Positions 34,761 through 44,478 of a stretch of 48,077 bases of DNA are shown piece by piece. A model generated the notes under the pieces. The model was not told the DNA's origin, made no database searches, and was given only the letters and a program-made list of their open reading frames with translations. Each line of letters opens with the position of its first letter. The first letter of the stretch is position 1. Location of the stretch: the IMG/VR virus record IMGVR_UViG_3300009551_000042; one strand, given 5' to 3'. The stretch comes from a virus (lineage: Duplodnaviria; Heunggongvirae; Uroviricota; Caudoviricetes). A program made the position numbers and the translations under genes.

Positions 34761-35013
34761 GCTGGCAGCTCTGAAAGATCGCAAGGATCGCCACGACGCC
34801 CAAAAGGACCGCGGCGATCTTCCAACCGACGTTGGTTTTTGGCTTCGGTAACTGGCTCGCGAACTCTGACTGAGCCAGGTGCACCCACTTGCCTTCGCTC
34901 GGTTTTACCAGCGCGTCGTGTAGACCGCTGCTGATCATCTCTTCCACCTCGGCCCTGGAATAGGGCCCGGCCTCGTCGTTGCCAACGCGCACGCTGTAGG
35001 TCCGAGAATCCAC
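34741..35013 (-). CDS. GYF_2 (DUF4339)-like domain plus TM helix; antisense moron
   Basis: Y.V.....EAGPYSRAEVEEMISSG....V...EG.W, then hydrophobic helix; TAGCCT -10 box 6 nt before the GTG. Confidence 0.65.
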   Translation of the reverse strand: MDSRTYSVRVGNDEAGPYSRAEVEEMISSGLHDALVKPSEGKWVHLAQSEFASQLPKPKTNVGWKIAAVLLGVVAILAIFQSCQLRVLLR

Positions 35014-35072
35014 GCCACGAGGCTAGCGCTGGGAGACGCCGAAGCCAAGGGCATCAGCCCAGTGAGCCCGGA

Positions 35073-35987
35073 ATGGCTTCAACAGACGTCTTTCGTCTCG
35101 TGCCGCATATGGAGTGGCGCGGGAACGTTTACCCGATCGCCGCTCGCTCGGTTTCGTTTCGACACGAACAAATCGAGCACAAGATCCAATACAGACCAAA
35201 CGACTTCGCCGAGCCGCTAGGCCCGCACTCGTTCCTGTTTCGCTACACGATCCCCATGCGTGAGGATCTGGCGAAGGGCCCGTACAAGAGCCTCTTCAAT
35301 GAGGGCCTGGTCAAGCTCGTGCGCGACTGTCGCAACCGCGAGTCGGGCACACTGATTGATCCGTTTTACGGTGAGTTTACCTGCGTTCCGGTTTCGTTTG
35401 ACGAGCGCGTTGACGTCAACAAGCGCGACGGAACAGACGTAGAGGTAGAGTTCCTCCACTCCCCCGCCTTCGACGAAGGCGAACCGCTACTGAAGGACAG
35501 CATCACGGGGATCACTGGGCTAGTGAGCCAGGCTGGTGCGCTCGACGAGCAAGTCAAGGCAGCTGATTGGAATCAGGAACCATCGCCGCAAGGCCTCACT
35601 GACGCACTCAGCGCCATCAATGGCATTGGCCGCCGTGGCCTCCGCCAGATTGACCGCACAGCTTCGAGTCTCGACGACCTAGCGTTCAAGCTACGCAAGA
35701 TCGAGGAGACCGCGGACGAAGCCGAGAATCCGCAGAACTGGCGACTACGCGACAGCGCGCGCGCGGCACGCGATCAGGTGCAACGCGCAAAGGATCGCGC
35801 AACTGAAGATCCGACGCGCAAGATCTCTCGCGTCGGCACCAAGTACGCCAAGACGATCGGCACAATTGCTGTCGAGACCGACATGTCAATCGAGCAGTTG
35901 CTTGCGTTGAATCCGCACCTACGCAGCAAAGGCCCGCTCGTGCCAGCAGGCACACCGATCAGCTTCTACAAACGTGTCCAACGTTGA
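35073..35987 (+). CDS. Mu gpN-like (DNA circularisation N-domain) baseplate/tail protein with C-terminal LysM-like domain
   Basis: WRG..YP.......H....H...YR....E.LG N-terminus; TIGTIAVETDMSIEQLLALNP C-terminus. Confidence 0.75.
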   Translation: MASTDVFRLVPHMEWRGNVYPIAARSVSFRHEQIEHKIQYRPNDFAEPLGPHSFLFRYTIPMREDLAKGPYKSLFNEGLVKLVRDCRNRESGTLIDPFYGEFTCVPVSFDERVDVNKRDGTDVEVEFLHSPAFDEGEPLLKDSITGITGLVSQAGALDEQVKAADWNQEPSPQGLTDALSAINGIGRRGLRQIDRTASSLDDLAFKLRKIEETADEAENPQNWRLRDSARAARDQVQRAKDRATEDPTRKISRVGTKYAKTIGTIAVETDMSIEQLLALNPHLRSKGPLVPAGTPISFYKRVQR

Positions 35988-37209
35988 CCTTGATACGCCG
36001 CTAGTTGTCTACCTAGAAGGCCGCAACAACTTCCGAGAGCTGACGCGCATCAAGTCATGGTCCATCGAATCGGACTATATGACCAGCACGGACGGCTTCG
36101 AGTTCGTAGCTGTAGACGACAACATCGAAGTATTGCGCGACCTTGAGGCGTAGCCGGTCAAGCTAACCGTTGGCGGCGCCGTGCAGGTTGTCGGTCGCAT
36201 CGACGACACGATGCGCGGTGATGACGGGTTGGCTGTTACTTGCACAGGTCGCGATTACATCGCGGACCTAGTTGAGTGCAACGTAGACCCAACGCTGGTC
36301 ATCAAAGAGAAAGAAACACTTGGGGACGTAATCCTCAAGACTTGCGCCCCGATCGGCATCACGAAGATCGCTCCTGAGAGTGACGCCGCTGTCGCGTTGG
36401 ACATTCGCACGGGCGTTCCTAGAAAGACCAGAGCGCGCGGCAACACTAAGCAAGGCGGCAACCGCTCAAAGCCCTTCAAAGACATTTCTCTTGAGGACTT
36501 GAAGCCGGATATCGGCCAAGGGATTTACGAATTTCTAAACCCGATCTGCTTGCGTCAGGGATGCACTATCCAGCCGACGCATGAACGCAACACAGTTCTG
36601 ATTTCGTCTCCGTACTACGAGCAGGAGCCGAGCTACCAGATTGTCCGTTTGCGCCACGATACCGGGACAACGAACAACGTCATCAAGGCGGTTGCAAAGC
36701 GCAGCTTTTCATCTTTCCCGTCTCTCGTAATCGTTCAGGGACAGGGTGCGCCGCGAACCGGCGAGACGACGAGCAATTCGCAATTCCAGATCGATACCTG
36801 GTACGAAGCTCAGCAACAGGGCGGCGAACTAGCGCGGATCCTGAATTGGATCACCTTCAGCGGGCGTCGCAAGCCTGGTACAACCGACGAGCTTCCGCTC
36901 GATAAGATCTATCGCCTCAACGTCTTTCGCGACGAGAAGGCGCGCAACCAAGACCAAATCGAGAAGGCAGCGCGAAGACTGCTGGCAGAGCATCTCAAGC
37001 GTTCGCTTGAGTATCGCGTCACGTTGCGAGGGCACGCGGACCCTGTGTCCGGCGCGCTCTGGTCGCATGACTCGATTGTCACCGTCAACGATGACGTTTG
37101 CGACGTTCACGAGGATCTGTGGGTGCAGGCCCGCCGCTTCTCCTACACCGAGAGCAGCGGTCCGCAGACGGAGCTGATCTGTCTACGCCCGTGGAGCTTT
37201 GAGATATGA
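35974..37209 (+). pseudogene. baseplate hub protein (Mu gp44/gpP-like) interrupted by an in-frame TAG at 36151-36153
   Basis: GTG 35974 frame reads ...WSIESDYMTSTDGFEF...DLEA*PVKLTVGGAVQVVGRIDD...TCTGRD...DLV.C...; continuous with track ORF 36181..37209. Confidence 0.8.
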
Positions 37210-37880
37210 ACGTAGAAGTCGCGCGCCTAGGAGCGAGCCAGCAACACGCATCAACCAAGGCGATCGGCTGGCAGTGCATCAACCCGATCACGGGTGACGA
37301 CGACTTCGAGGATTTCGGCGTTGTCGACGTGATGCAGGGGCTTGGCATTACCGCCGCCCCCTGGCCCGCGGATGACTCTGGATACGCTGAAGCGCTGCTG
37401 CTCAAGGGAGCGGCAAACCGCAACGCAATCGCGGTAGGTGCTCGCGACACGCGCAGCGCCAAGGCAATCGGCAACGTTCGCCCGGGTGACACCGTGCTTC
37501 ACAGCACCGGCCCCGAGCAAGCCGCGCAGGTGCAGTGCAAAGAGGCCAAACGTCAGGTCGTCAACTATACGAAGGACACCGACGGTCAAGGCATGGTCTT
37601 CATGCTCGACGGCAAGAACAACAAGATCCAGTTCCTCGCGCGTGGCGCGATGATCGAGATCGATGACGTCGGGGACATCTCGATGATCGGTGCTGGCGGC
37701 GCCAGCATCATGATTCAGGGAAACCACATCTACATGAACGGCACGCTGCACATTCCGGGCATTCCGCCTGGAATGGTGCTCTACGCGGCGCCTCCTGGTG
37801 GTGGGTTCATCGGACCACCAGGCACACCGGGACTGCCTCCGAGCGTCCCACTGATTCCGGTTCTTGGTCTCGCTACTTGA
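37206..37880 (+). CDS. baseplate spike protein (Mu gp45-like)
   Basis: MQGLGITAAP, AVGARDTR, PGDTVLHS; position after the hub gene. Confidence 0.8.
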   Translation: MNVEVARLGASQQHASTKAIGWQCINPITGDDDFEDFGVVDVMQGLGITAAPWPADDSGYAEALLLKGAANRNAIAVGARDTRSAKAIGNVRPGDTVLHSTGPEQAAQVQCKEAKRQVVNYTKDTDGQGMVFMLDGKNNKIQFLARGAMIEIDDVGDISMIGAGGASIMIQGNHIYMNGTLHIPGIPPGMVLYAAPPGGGFIGPPGTPGLPPSVPLIPVLGLAT

Positions 37881-38182
37881 GCTGCAACTTCAAGTTGCCG
37901 GCGCTGGCTCTTCCGATCCCGTCGCTGGCATTCCCGAAAATCCCGTCACTCAAGTTTCCGTCGCTTGACCTCGATCTGCCCGCGTTGCCAAAGCTCCCAA
38001 TGCTAGCGCTACCGATCCCGTCGTTCGCGCTGCCGAAGATCCCAACGCTCAAGCTGCCGTCGATCGATCTGGACCTTCCGAGCTTGCCGCCGATCCCCTT
38101 CCCGGCGCTACCGATCCCATCGTTCGCGCTGCCGAAGATTCCGCAGCTAAAGCTACCGCACGTTGAGTGCCCGTTTGATTAA
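37877..38182 (+). CDS. Pro/Leu-rich protein made of three 33-aa repeats
   Basis: 99-bp period (copies near 37904, 38003, 38102); ALPIPS(L/F)A(F/L)PKIP.LK(F/L)P; terminal Cys in SCNF and CPFD. Confidence 0.7.
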   Translation: MSCNFKLPALALPIPSLAFPKIPSLKFPSLDLDLPALPKLPMLALPIPSFALPKIPTLKLPSIDLDLPSLPPIPFPALPIPSFALPKIPQLKLPHVECPFD

Positions 38183-38862
38183 AGCGGCGGGCCGCAATAC
38201 CAGCGAGAGCCAGCCGGTACTTGCGCGGTCACCATCCCGCAACCTTTCCCGGTTGCAGGATCATCCATCATCCCGCACTTGAAATAAAGCTGCGAACAAG
38301 CATTGCTCTTACCTTCGCAGTAGGTTGCGGCATCCGTGTTTGGGTTGGGTAGCGTGGTTGGATCGCACCGGCCGAATTGGTCGTTGATCTTGGTGCAGAT
38401 CCTGGTGGTTGGTGAGTCGTGTGCGCATACCTCATCACTCGCGCAAATCTTGCCACCGTCGCAAACCTTCCAGGACTCAACCTGAGGCGCTTCACCTCCA
38501 GCGCCCGCGACCGTTGGCGGCTCCTCACTGTCAGCGCCTCCTCCGCCTCCTGCACCCCCAGCCAGTGCGCCTGCTGCCCCGGCTTCGCCGCCTGGGGTTA
38601 TCACGACGGTAGCACCACCCGTGCTCTCACCAGCGGCGCCACTGATTGACGGACTGACGTCCACTATACCACCAGCACCGGCCGGCGCAGTCACGCTCAT
38701 AGATCCGGATCCGCCGCTATGCTTGACCGCGCTGCCGCCGTGTGACGCGCCAGCGACGGCGGGTGTCCCACCGGCACCGCCCTCAGCTAGCTCATGCGTA
38801 GACGCAGCTGTTCCGCCGCCACAGGCCGCGACGAGCAAAGCAAGAACTAACACCCGGTTCAT
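38179..38862 (-). CDS. lipoprotein with Gly-rich linker and Cys-rich C-domain; antisense moron
   Basis: MNRVLVLALLVAA-C lipobox; GGAGG/GGEAG linker; about 10 Cys at the C-terminus; TAAGCT box 8 nt before ATG 38862. Confidence 0.8.
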   Translation of the reverse strand: MNRVLVLALLVAACGGGTAASTHELAEGGAGGTPAVAGASHGGSAVKHSGGSGSMSVTAPAGAGGIVDVSPSISGAAGESTGGATVVITPGGEAGAAGALAGGAGGGGGADSEEPPTVAGAGGEAPQVESWKVCDGGKICASDEVCAHDSPTTRICTKINDQFGRCDPTTLPNPNTDAATYCEGKSNACSQLYFKCGMMDDPATGKGCGMVTAQVPAGSRWYCGPPL

Positions 38863-38927
38863 GATCGGGAAGCTTAACGCCCTTCCGTAAATCACGCAAG
38901 CGGCGCCGAAATACAAAGCAAATTCCT

Positions 38928-39371
38928 ATGGCTGAAGGATTCGGACTCCTGGAGTTCGGCCTTGGCGCCTTTGGTCTCGAAACACCGGACGAAGCTCCCG
39001 AGCCGCCTACTGGGCAGCCCGGATCTCGTTACATCAATCCCGCTACTGGCGATTACGAGATCGACGCGACAACCGGACAGCTGAAGCAGATGCCTCGCAC
39101 ACGTCAGCGTGTGCTGCTGGCTCTCATCACCCTGCGCAAGAGCGCGTCAATGGTCCCCGGCTTCGGCAACTCGCTGCCGAACAAGATGGGCACCGCGTTT
39201 GAGGTGCAAGTGCGGCAAGCGGTTCGCTTGGCTCTCAAGCATCTCACTGAGACTGAGGAAGCGATCCGCATCGACTCAATTCTTGTCGAGCGCGGCGCCA
39301 ACAGTCGCGCCCGCGTCACCGTCTCCTACACGGATCTGGAAACCAATCTTCCGGATCAAGTCCCGATCTGA
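38928..39371 (+). CDS. baseplate wedge protein (Mu gp46 / gp25-like)
   Basis: RVLLAL.T..G/S, G..L, VR.AL.HL, V.VSY.D; position before baseplate J. Confidence 0.75.
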   Translation: MAEGFGLLEFGLGAFGLETPDEAPEPPTGQPGSRYINPATGDYEIDATTGQLKQMPRTRQRVLLALITLRKSASMVPGFGNSLPNKMGTAFEVQVRQAVRLALKHLTETEEAIRIDSILVERGANSRARVTVSYTDLETNLPDQVPI

Positions 39372-40873
39372 TGGCAGACCTTTATCAACCGCGCAACGCC
39401 CAAGAACTCGTCGACCGTTTCTTGCGCGACGTGCGTCTCGCTGCCACGTCCGAAGACATCGACGAGCCACCGACACAGGTCGGCACTGACTTCTGGCTAA
39501 CGGCCAACGGCATCGCGGGCATGTGCCTACTTGGCTTCGCGAACGTCTCCGAAGCAGAGGCGAATCAAAGCGTACTAACGGCGACCGGCGAAGCGCTAGA
39601 CGCGCTGCGCGAGGGCTACGGTTTGCCCGAGGTGTCGGGCACACCCGCGAGCGGAAAGCTCACGGTTGAGATCCTGGGTGCCACCACCATCACCGACGGT
39701 CAGGTATTTCTGTACCCGAACGGTGTTTCTGGAACGGTTGTTGGGACCTACGTAAACCCTGCCGACGGAGACGAGGTCGACGTAACCGCTAGCGTTACAG
39801 GCACCAAAGGCAACCTCAAATCCGGTTCAAAGGTCCGCTTCGTTAGCCCACCGATCAACGTTGCCACTGAGGCAACGGTTTCGCAAGGCTCTCCGCTCAC
39901 GGGTGGAACCAGCGAAGAGACCGACGAGCGTAAGCGCGCGCGTATTCTCAACACGCTGCAGAACAAGCCAGCGGGCGGTAACTGGGGACAGATTCGGCAG
40001 ACCGCTCTCGACTCCCTAGGCAGTCTCACCGACGCATTCATTTTCAATGGGCTTGGCGGCCCAGCGTCGTTCAAGGCTGTTCCTGTAAAAGACTTCGACC
40101 TCGACAATAACGACTTTTCTCGTTCTGTTTCGTCGTCGGCACTTGCGACTGTTCGCAGTGCCATTCAGTCCACGCTATCAGCTGGCATCGAAGCAGTGGT
40201 GCAGACCAGCGTCGATCAACCTGTCGACGTCGCGGTGAAGCTCACGATCCCTGACGCAGTATCAGCGGGCGGCAACGGTGAAGGCTGGTTGGACTCTGCT
40301 CCATGGCCAACCCTTGAAACCGCTGACGCCGGCAAGGTTACGGTCACGGCTGTCACTTCCACGCTGGATGGACTCACGGTATCGGCCAACACGGCAGTTA
40401 ACCCAATCGACGGACAGACTCAGATTGCGTGGTGGTCTACGGCAGACCGCAAGTTTCGAACAGCAATGATCCTAGGTCACGGTGGCGCAGCCGCGGCGTG
40501 GACGTTGACCCTTGATCGTCCCCTCACCGACTCAACCGGCGCTGGACCTCAGATCGGTGACTACATTTGCCCAGCGGCGCAGAACCTCGAAGCATACGGC
40601 CAAGCGTGGGTAAACCTGTTCCGATCTTTCGGCACAGGTGAGAACACATCCGACACCGACCGCCTACCCCGCGCGTCACGTCATCCGTTTATCGCGGTTG
40701 GCGCTCCGTCGTCGCTGACGAACTCGTCTTTCAAGGCCATCACAAATCAGCACCCCGAGATCACGGACTACGAATTTTCGTATCGCTCTGCGACGTCTCC
40801 GACGGTGCCGGTTTCCACCGCGACCGCGCCGAACATCCTCATCCCGCGTCGCTTTGCAGTCTACCCGCTCTGA
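39371..40873 (+). CDS. baseplate J-like protein (Mu gp47)
   Basis: TATGEALD, A...G..GN, GG..EETDE..RARIL, PAGGN. Confidence 0.9.
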   Translation: MADLYQPRNAQELVDRFLRDVRLAATSEDIDEPPTQVGTDFWLTANGIAGMCLLGFANVSEAEANQSVLTATGEALDALREGYGLPEVSGTPASGKLTVEILGATTITDGQVFLYPNGVSGTVVGTYVNPADGDEVDVTASVTGTKGNLKSGSKVRFVSPPINVATEATVSQGSPLTGGTSEETDERKRARILNTLQNKPAGGNWGQIRQTALDSLGSLTDAFIFNGLGGPASFKAVPVKDFDLDNNDFSRSVSSSALATVRSAIQSTLSAGIEAVVQTSVDQPVDVAVKLTIPDAVSAGGNGEGWLDSAPWPTLETADAGKVTVTAVTSTLDGLTVSANTAVNPIDGQTQIAWWSTADRKFRTAMILGHGGAAAAWTLTLDRPLTDSTGAGPQIGDYICPAAQNLEAYGQAWVNLFRSFGTGENTSDTDRLPRASRHPFIAVGAPSSLTNSSFKAITNQHPEITDYEFSYRSATSPTVPVSTATAPNILIPRRFAVYPL

Positions 40874-40876
40874 TCC

Positions 40877-41419
40877 ATGGCTATCGTCCCTGAAGGCTCA
40901 CCGCTATGGGTGCGCACCGTTGACTTTTCGCACTACGGCGGCAACGTCGAGAAAGCGAACTATCTCTCGCGTGGCGCGATTGACGCGCTGACCGACGTTG
41001 ACGCAGCCCAATTCGCCCGACTGACTGCTGACCTCTCGGCACTCGCGCGCACGGCTCCTTTTGCGATCGTGCGCCTCGTGTGCAACGACAGCGCGCCGGC
41101 AGCGCCAACGATTGAGTTTGTGCATATGGCGGTCGGTGTCCGCCTAATATCGTACGCTGGCGGATCTCCGCCGGTCGGCTTTCCAAGCGCCGCACGCAAC
41201 GGAAACGGTGACGTCACCGTTACTTTTGCATCGTCCTACAACGATCCGTATGCGGTTGCCGGTGCTTTCAGTATCAGCCACGTGGTTCCCGGTATCATCG
41301 GCACGGCAGTAAGCCGATGCGTTGCAGAGATTCCTACGGCCACCACGGTGCGCCTTCGTGCTTTTGACGCGGCCGACGCCGCGCTCTCGAACGCACGCAT
41401 CAACTTCATGGTGTGGTAA
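40877..41419 (+). CDS. baseplate/tail-associated protein
   Basis: Position within the baseplate operon. Confidence 0.6.
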   Translation: MAIVPEGSPLWVRTVDFSHYGGNVEKANYLSRGAIDALTDVDAAQFARLTADLSALARTAPFAIVRLVCNDSAPAAPTIEFVHMAVGVRLISYAGGSPPVGFPSAARNGNGDVTVTFASSYNDPYAVAGAFSISHVVPGIIGTAVSRCVAEIPTATTVRLRAFDAADAALSNARINFMVW

Positions 41420-42586
41420 ATGTTCGGTGCGTTCGCGCCGCTTCCAATTCGCCTAACATCTGTCAGCGAGACAGAAGGCTGGAACGCGAAACAACAGTCA
41501 CGTGTGGCAGCTGATCTAGCCGCAGCTTGGCGCACGCAACCGCTGGCCACCATGACCGTCCAGGTGGGTGCATCCAGTGTAACACTGGTTAGCTACTTTG
41601 GACGCAACGGCGTTGGCGCCGCTTACGCGCCCGCGTTGACCTATACGAGCGCAACCAACCCGTGTCGTGCAACGTGGTCAGGAAGCTACCTGGATTCGTT
41701 GGAAGAGGAGCAGCCGTGGGCCATCCGCCACGCCTTTGCTCAGCTTCAGTATCCCGGCAGCGGCGCCAAGGGCGCAACCGTCGACCTGACCACGAACACG
41801 GCTGAAGTTGTCGTCTCGGCGACAACAACCACGCCATATCTGATCACCTTCACGATCTTCGGTGAATGGGGCAGCGATCGCAACATCGGTGATTACGGCG
41901 GCGACACCGAGAAGATCGACAACGAGACCGAGTCGATCGCGCCTTATGCCGCGCAATGGTACCGCGAGGTGCGCGCAGCACGCGGGTCCGCGTACTCAAA
42001 GAAGCCTTACACGCTGGTCGATTTCGAAAACCTAGCCATCGCGCGCATGATGGCTGCGAGCTTTTCGCGCAATGCAGAAAAGCTCACGGCAAACGCAACG
42101 CCGGCCCATGCCGACGAGAAACTAGACTACTGGGCAACAGTTCTGGGCGTTCCACGCACACCCAGCGACCCTGCCTGGCTAGTTCGCAAGCGTTGCGCCG
42201 CACATTTCCGCGTTGCGGCTACGCCCACCGTCGACGAAATTACTTCACAGGTCCAAGAACTACTCGGCGAAGCGTTCGTAACGATCCACACCTTCGAGGG
42301 GTCGGACCTAGATACCCCACCTGATCCAACCTACTGGCCAGCGGGAACTCACGGTCCTTCCAGCCTCTCCATCGGTGGCCCACCATGGATGTCCCGTCGC
42401 GCACATCTTCGCGTCGAAGTGCAGCAGCCGACCGGGATGACTCTGGCGGAATTTCTACAACTGATGACAGTTCAGCTGACACAGCTTCTGGACCGCCTGC
42501 TTCCCTCTTGGGTCACTTGGAATTGGAGCGAGGGCTCCGACGGCTTCCGCGTTGGTGTCGACCGCATCGGAGTTGATGCACTATGA
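41420..42586 (+). CDS. baseplate protein with C-terminal Mu gp48 (DUF2313)-like region
   Basis: P.HADEKLDYW...LG.P......R pattern. Confidence 0.6.
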   Translation: MFGAFAPLPIRLTSVSETEGWNAKQQSRVAADLAAAWRTQPLATMTVQVGASSVTLVSYFGRNGVGAAYAPALTYTSATNPCRATWSGSYLDSLEEEQPWAIRHAFAQLQYPGSGAKGATVDLTTNTAEVVVSATTTTPYLITFTIFGEWGSDRNIGDYGGDTEKIDNETESIAPYAAQWYREVRAARGSAYSKKPYTLVDFENLAIARMMAASFSRNAEKLTANATPAHADEKLDYWATVLGVPRTPSDPAWLVRKRCAAHFRVAATPTVDEITSQVQELLGEAFVTIHTFEGSDLDTPPDPTYWPAGTHGPSSLSIGGPPWMSRRAHLRVEVQQPTGMTLAEFLQLMTVQLTQLLDRLLPSWVTWNWSEGSDGFRVGVDRIGVDAL

Positions 42587-43365
42587 GCTTTACCAAACCC
42601 GGTCCCATCTCTGGCTACGTTACCGGAGACCTCATTGATGAAGCGGACATCAACTATTGGTGCTCGGCTCTTCCCGACTGCGTCGATGGCGCAGGAGGCG
42701 GCACGTACACCCTTGCGGCGCCGCTCATCTTCAACGGTGACGACCTCCAGATCGGTGAGGATCTCGACGTCGGTGGTGATCTAGCGATTACCGGAGACAC
42801 CACCTTGATAGGTGGCCTCACGGTCACCGGATCGGTAGTCTTCAACAACTACCTCCAGATCGGGTCATCCTCTAGCGACACCTGCGACGTGGTATCGGAC
42901 ATCACGTTTCGCGGCCCCGTAACTATTGGCGACGCATCGAGCGATCTGCTGCACGTCAACTCGACGACGACGTTCAACAACAATGTTACAGTCGGCAGTA
43001 GCGCTGCAGACACGTTGACGGTTGCCTCAAACACCACCGTTAACGGCACGCTAACCGCCACAGCGGCGACAGCACTCGCAGCTACAACGTTTCGCTTCAG
43101 CGCATCGGTTGCGGCCGACGCTGACAAAACGGTCACAGCAGCTGATTGTGGTCAAGTCTACTTCATCGAAACGAACGCTGCTGACCGGGCGTGGACAGCG
43201 TCCGGCACATTCACTATCGGTGATTGGATACTCGTGAAGCATCGCGCCAGCGGTGGACACACGGTAACGGTGCTCGGGACGGGTCTTACAATTGGAAAGG
43301 CCTTGTTGCTCATCAACAACGGCACCACCTGGCGCTCCTTTGCGCTGAGCGAGAACTTTGCATGA
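42583..43365 (+). CDS. short tail fibre / beta-helical virion protein
   Basis: DG..GGTY, then repeated V.G.L.V.G and TIG....D.L.V.S units. Confidence 0.65.
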   Translation: MSFTKPGPISGYVTGDLIDEADINYWCSALPDCVDGAGGGTYTLAAPLIFNGDDLQIGEDLDVGGDLAITGDTTLIGGLTVTGSVVFNNYLQIGSSSSDTCDVVSDITFRGPVTIGDASSDLLHVNSTTTFNNNVTVGSSAADTLTVASNTTVNGTLTATAATALAATTFRFSASVAADADKTVTAADCGQVYFIETNAADRAWTASGTFTIGDWILVKHRASGGHTVTVLGTGLTIGKALLLINNGTTWRSFALSENFA

Positions 43366-44474
43366 CCGCCCTGTCGCATACGCCGCAATATCCAGCGCCT
43401 CAGCGACAGACTCAGGTCACGTTCTCTCTCACGGAAGACGGCTCCGACTTTGTTCGCGTGTGGTGCACTATTGCACCGACTGGCTCGGAGTTGGATGGCA
43501 AGATCAACAGCAGCAAAGACCCGCGCAACCGCGTGCAGATCTTTGAGGGCACCCCAGCTCAGTCCTGGAGCTACAACTTCGACAAGGGCGGCAAGTACAC
43601 ATTTGTCGCTCAAGAATACACGAAGGGGTCAGGCTATGGCGGCGGCTACGAAGGCGATCCCAACGGCGCCGCCAACGAGGAAAAGGTCGGCACGGAATCG
43701 ACGTTGACGCTCTTTGTTGGCCAACGGGTTACGCAGCCGATTGGTCCGGTCGACAACCGCGCGACACTGGTTCTTTGGGTCTGGGATAACACGATTCGCG
43801 CCACCAACAAGGCGGTCCAGGGTGAAACTTCGCCTTCTATTATTGCGCAGTCCCCGACGGCTCTCGTGAAAACCGCCATCGGTTCGACGTCCCTGACAGC
43901 AGCACTTGCTGCGCTAGTCGATACAAACTGCGACGTGGCTACTGGCGATCTTGGGGCGTTTGGTCACAACCTCTACAACGCTGTCGGTTATCACTATGTG
44001 TCTACGTCGCACTCGGATGACGACACTGATAATCTGATCGGACCGTCGTACGACAGCCCACCGACCGCTCAAGCGTTTCAGGAGCTGGTTAATACCGCCT
44101 TGAAGTCGCTTCGGCAACACGTCACGAATGACACCGGGTCTGCTACCGGAGACGGCCACATTGGACCGGGCACTGGCAACTATCATTTTGATGGTCTCAG
44201 TGACCGCCTGAACGTGCCGCTCTATCAACAGGTTAGCAGCCTGGGTGAGGCATACGGTGCGTTCGTTGACATCGCGCGCTGCCTAGACGCTCACCAGAAC
44301 AACCTCGCCGTCCATGACGAGCTGGACGTCTACACGCTGACGACCCGCACCAAGCTCATGGACATTCATTACGCATTTCTGTCGGTACTTGCGTCATTGA
44401 CACCGTCCGTCCCGGCTGCGCAATCCAGCGGCGTTCAGACGCTACTGTCAACAGCCGGCTTCAAGGAAGAATAA
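43362..44474 (+). CDS. virion protein with N-terminal Ig-like domain and His-containing helical repeats
   Basis: ATG 43362 overlaps the previous TGA; D.GG.YTF strand; H-x(5-7)-H-x(2-3)-D motifs. Confidence 0.65.
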   Translation: MTALSHTPQYPAPQRQTQVTFSLTEDGSDFVRVWCTIAPTGSELDGKINSSKDPRNRVQIFEGTPAQSWSYNFDKGGKYTFVAQEYTKGSGYGGGYEGDPNGAANEEKVGTESTLTLFVGQRVTQPIGPVDNRATLVLWVWDNTIRATNKAVQGETSPSIIAQSPTALVKTAIGSTSLTAALAALVDTNCDVATGDLGAFGHNLYNAVGYHYVSTSHSDDDTDNLIGPSYDSPPTAQAFQELVNTALKSLRQHVTNDTGSATGDGHIGPGTGNYHFDGLSDRLNVPLYQQVSSLGEAYGAFVDIARCLDAHQNNLAVHDELDVYTLTTRTKLMDIHYAFLSVLASLTPSVPAAQSSGVQTLLSTAGFKEE

Positions 44475-44478
44475 ATCC

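Noticed and set aside
35974-37209. Genome-wide TAG-to-Gln recoding (genetic code 15)
   Set aside because: Only one in-frame TAG was found in the late genes, and TAG ends genes cleanly elsewhere (4078-4080, 8143-8145, convergent CTAG 10603-10606).
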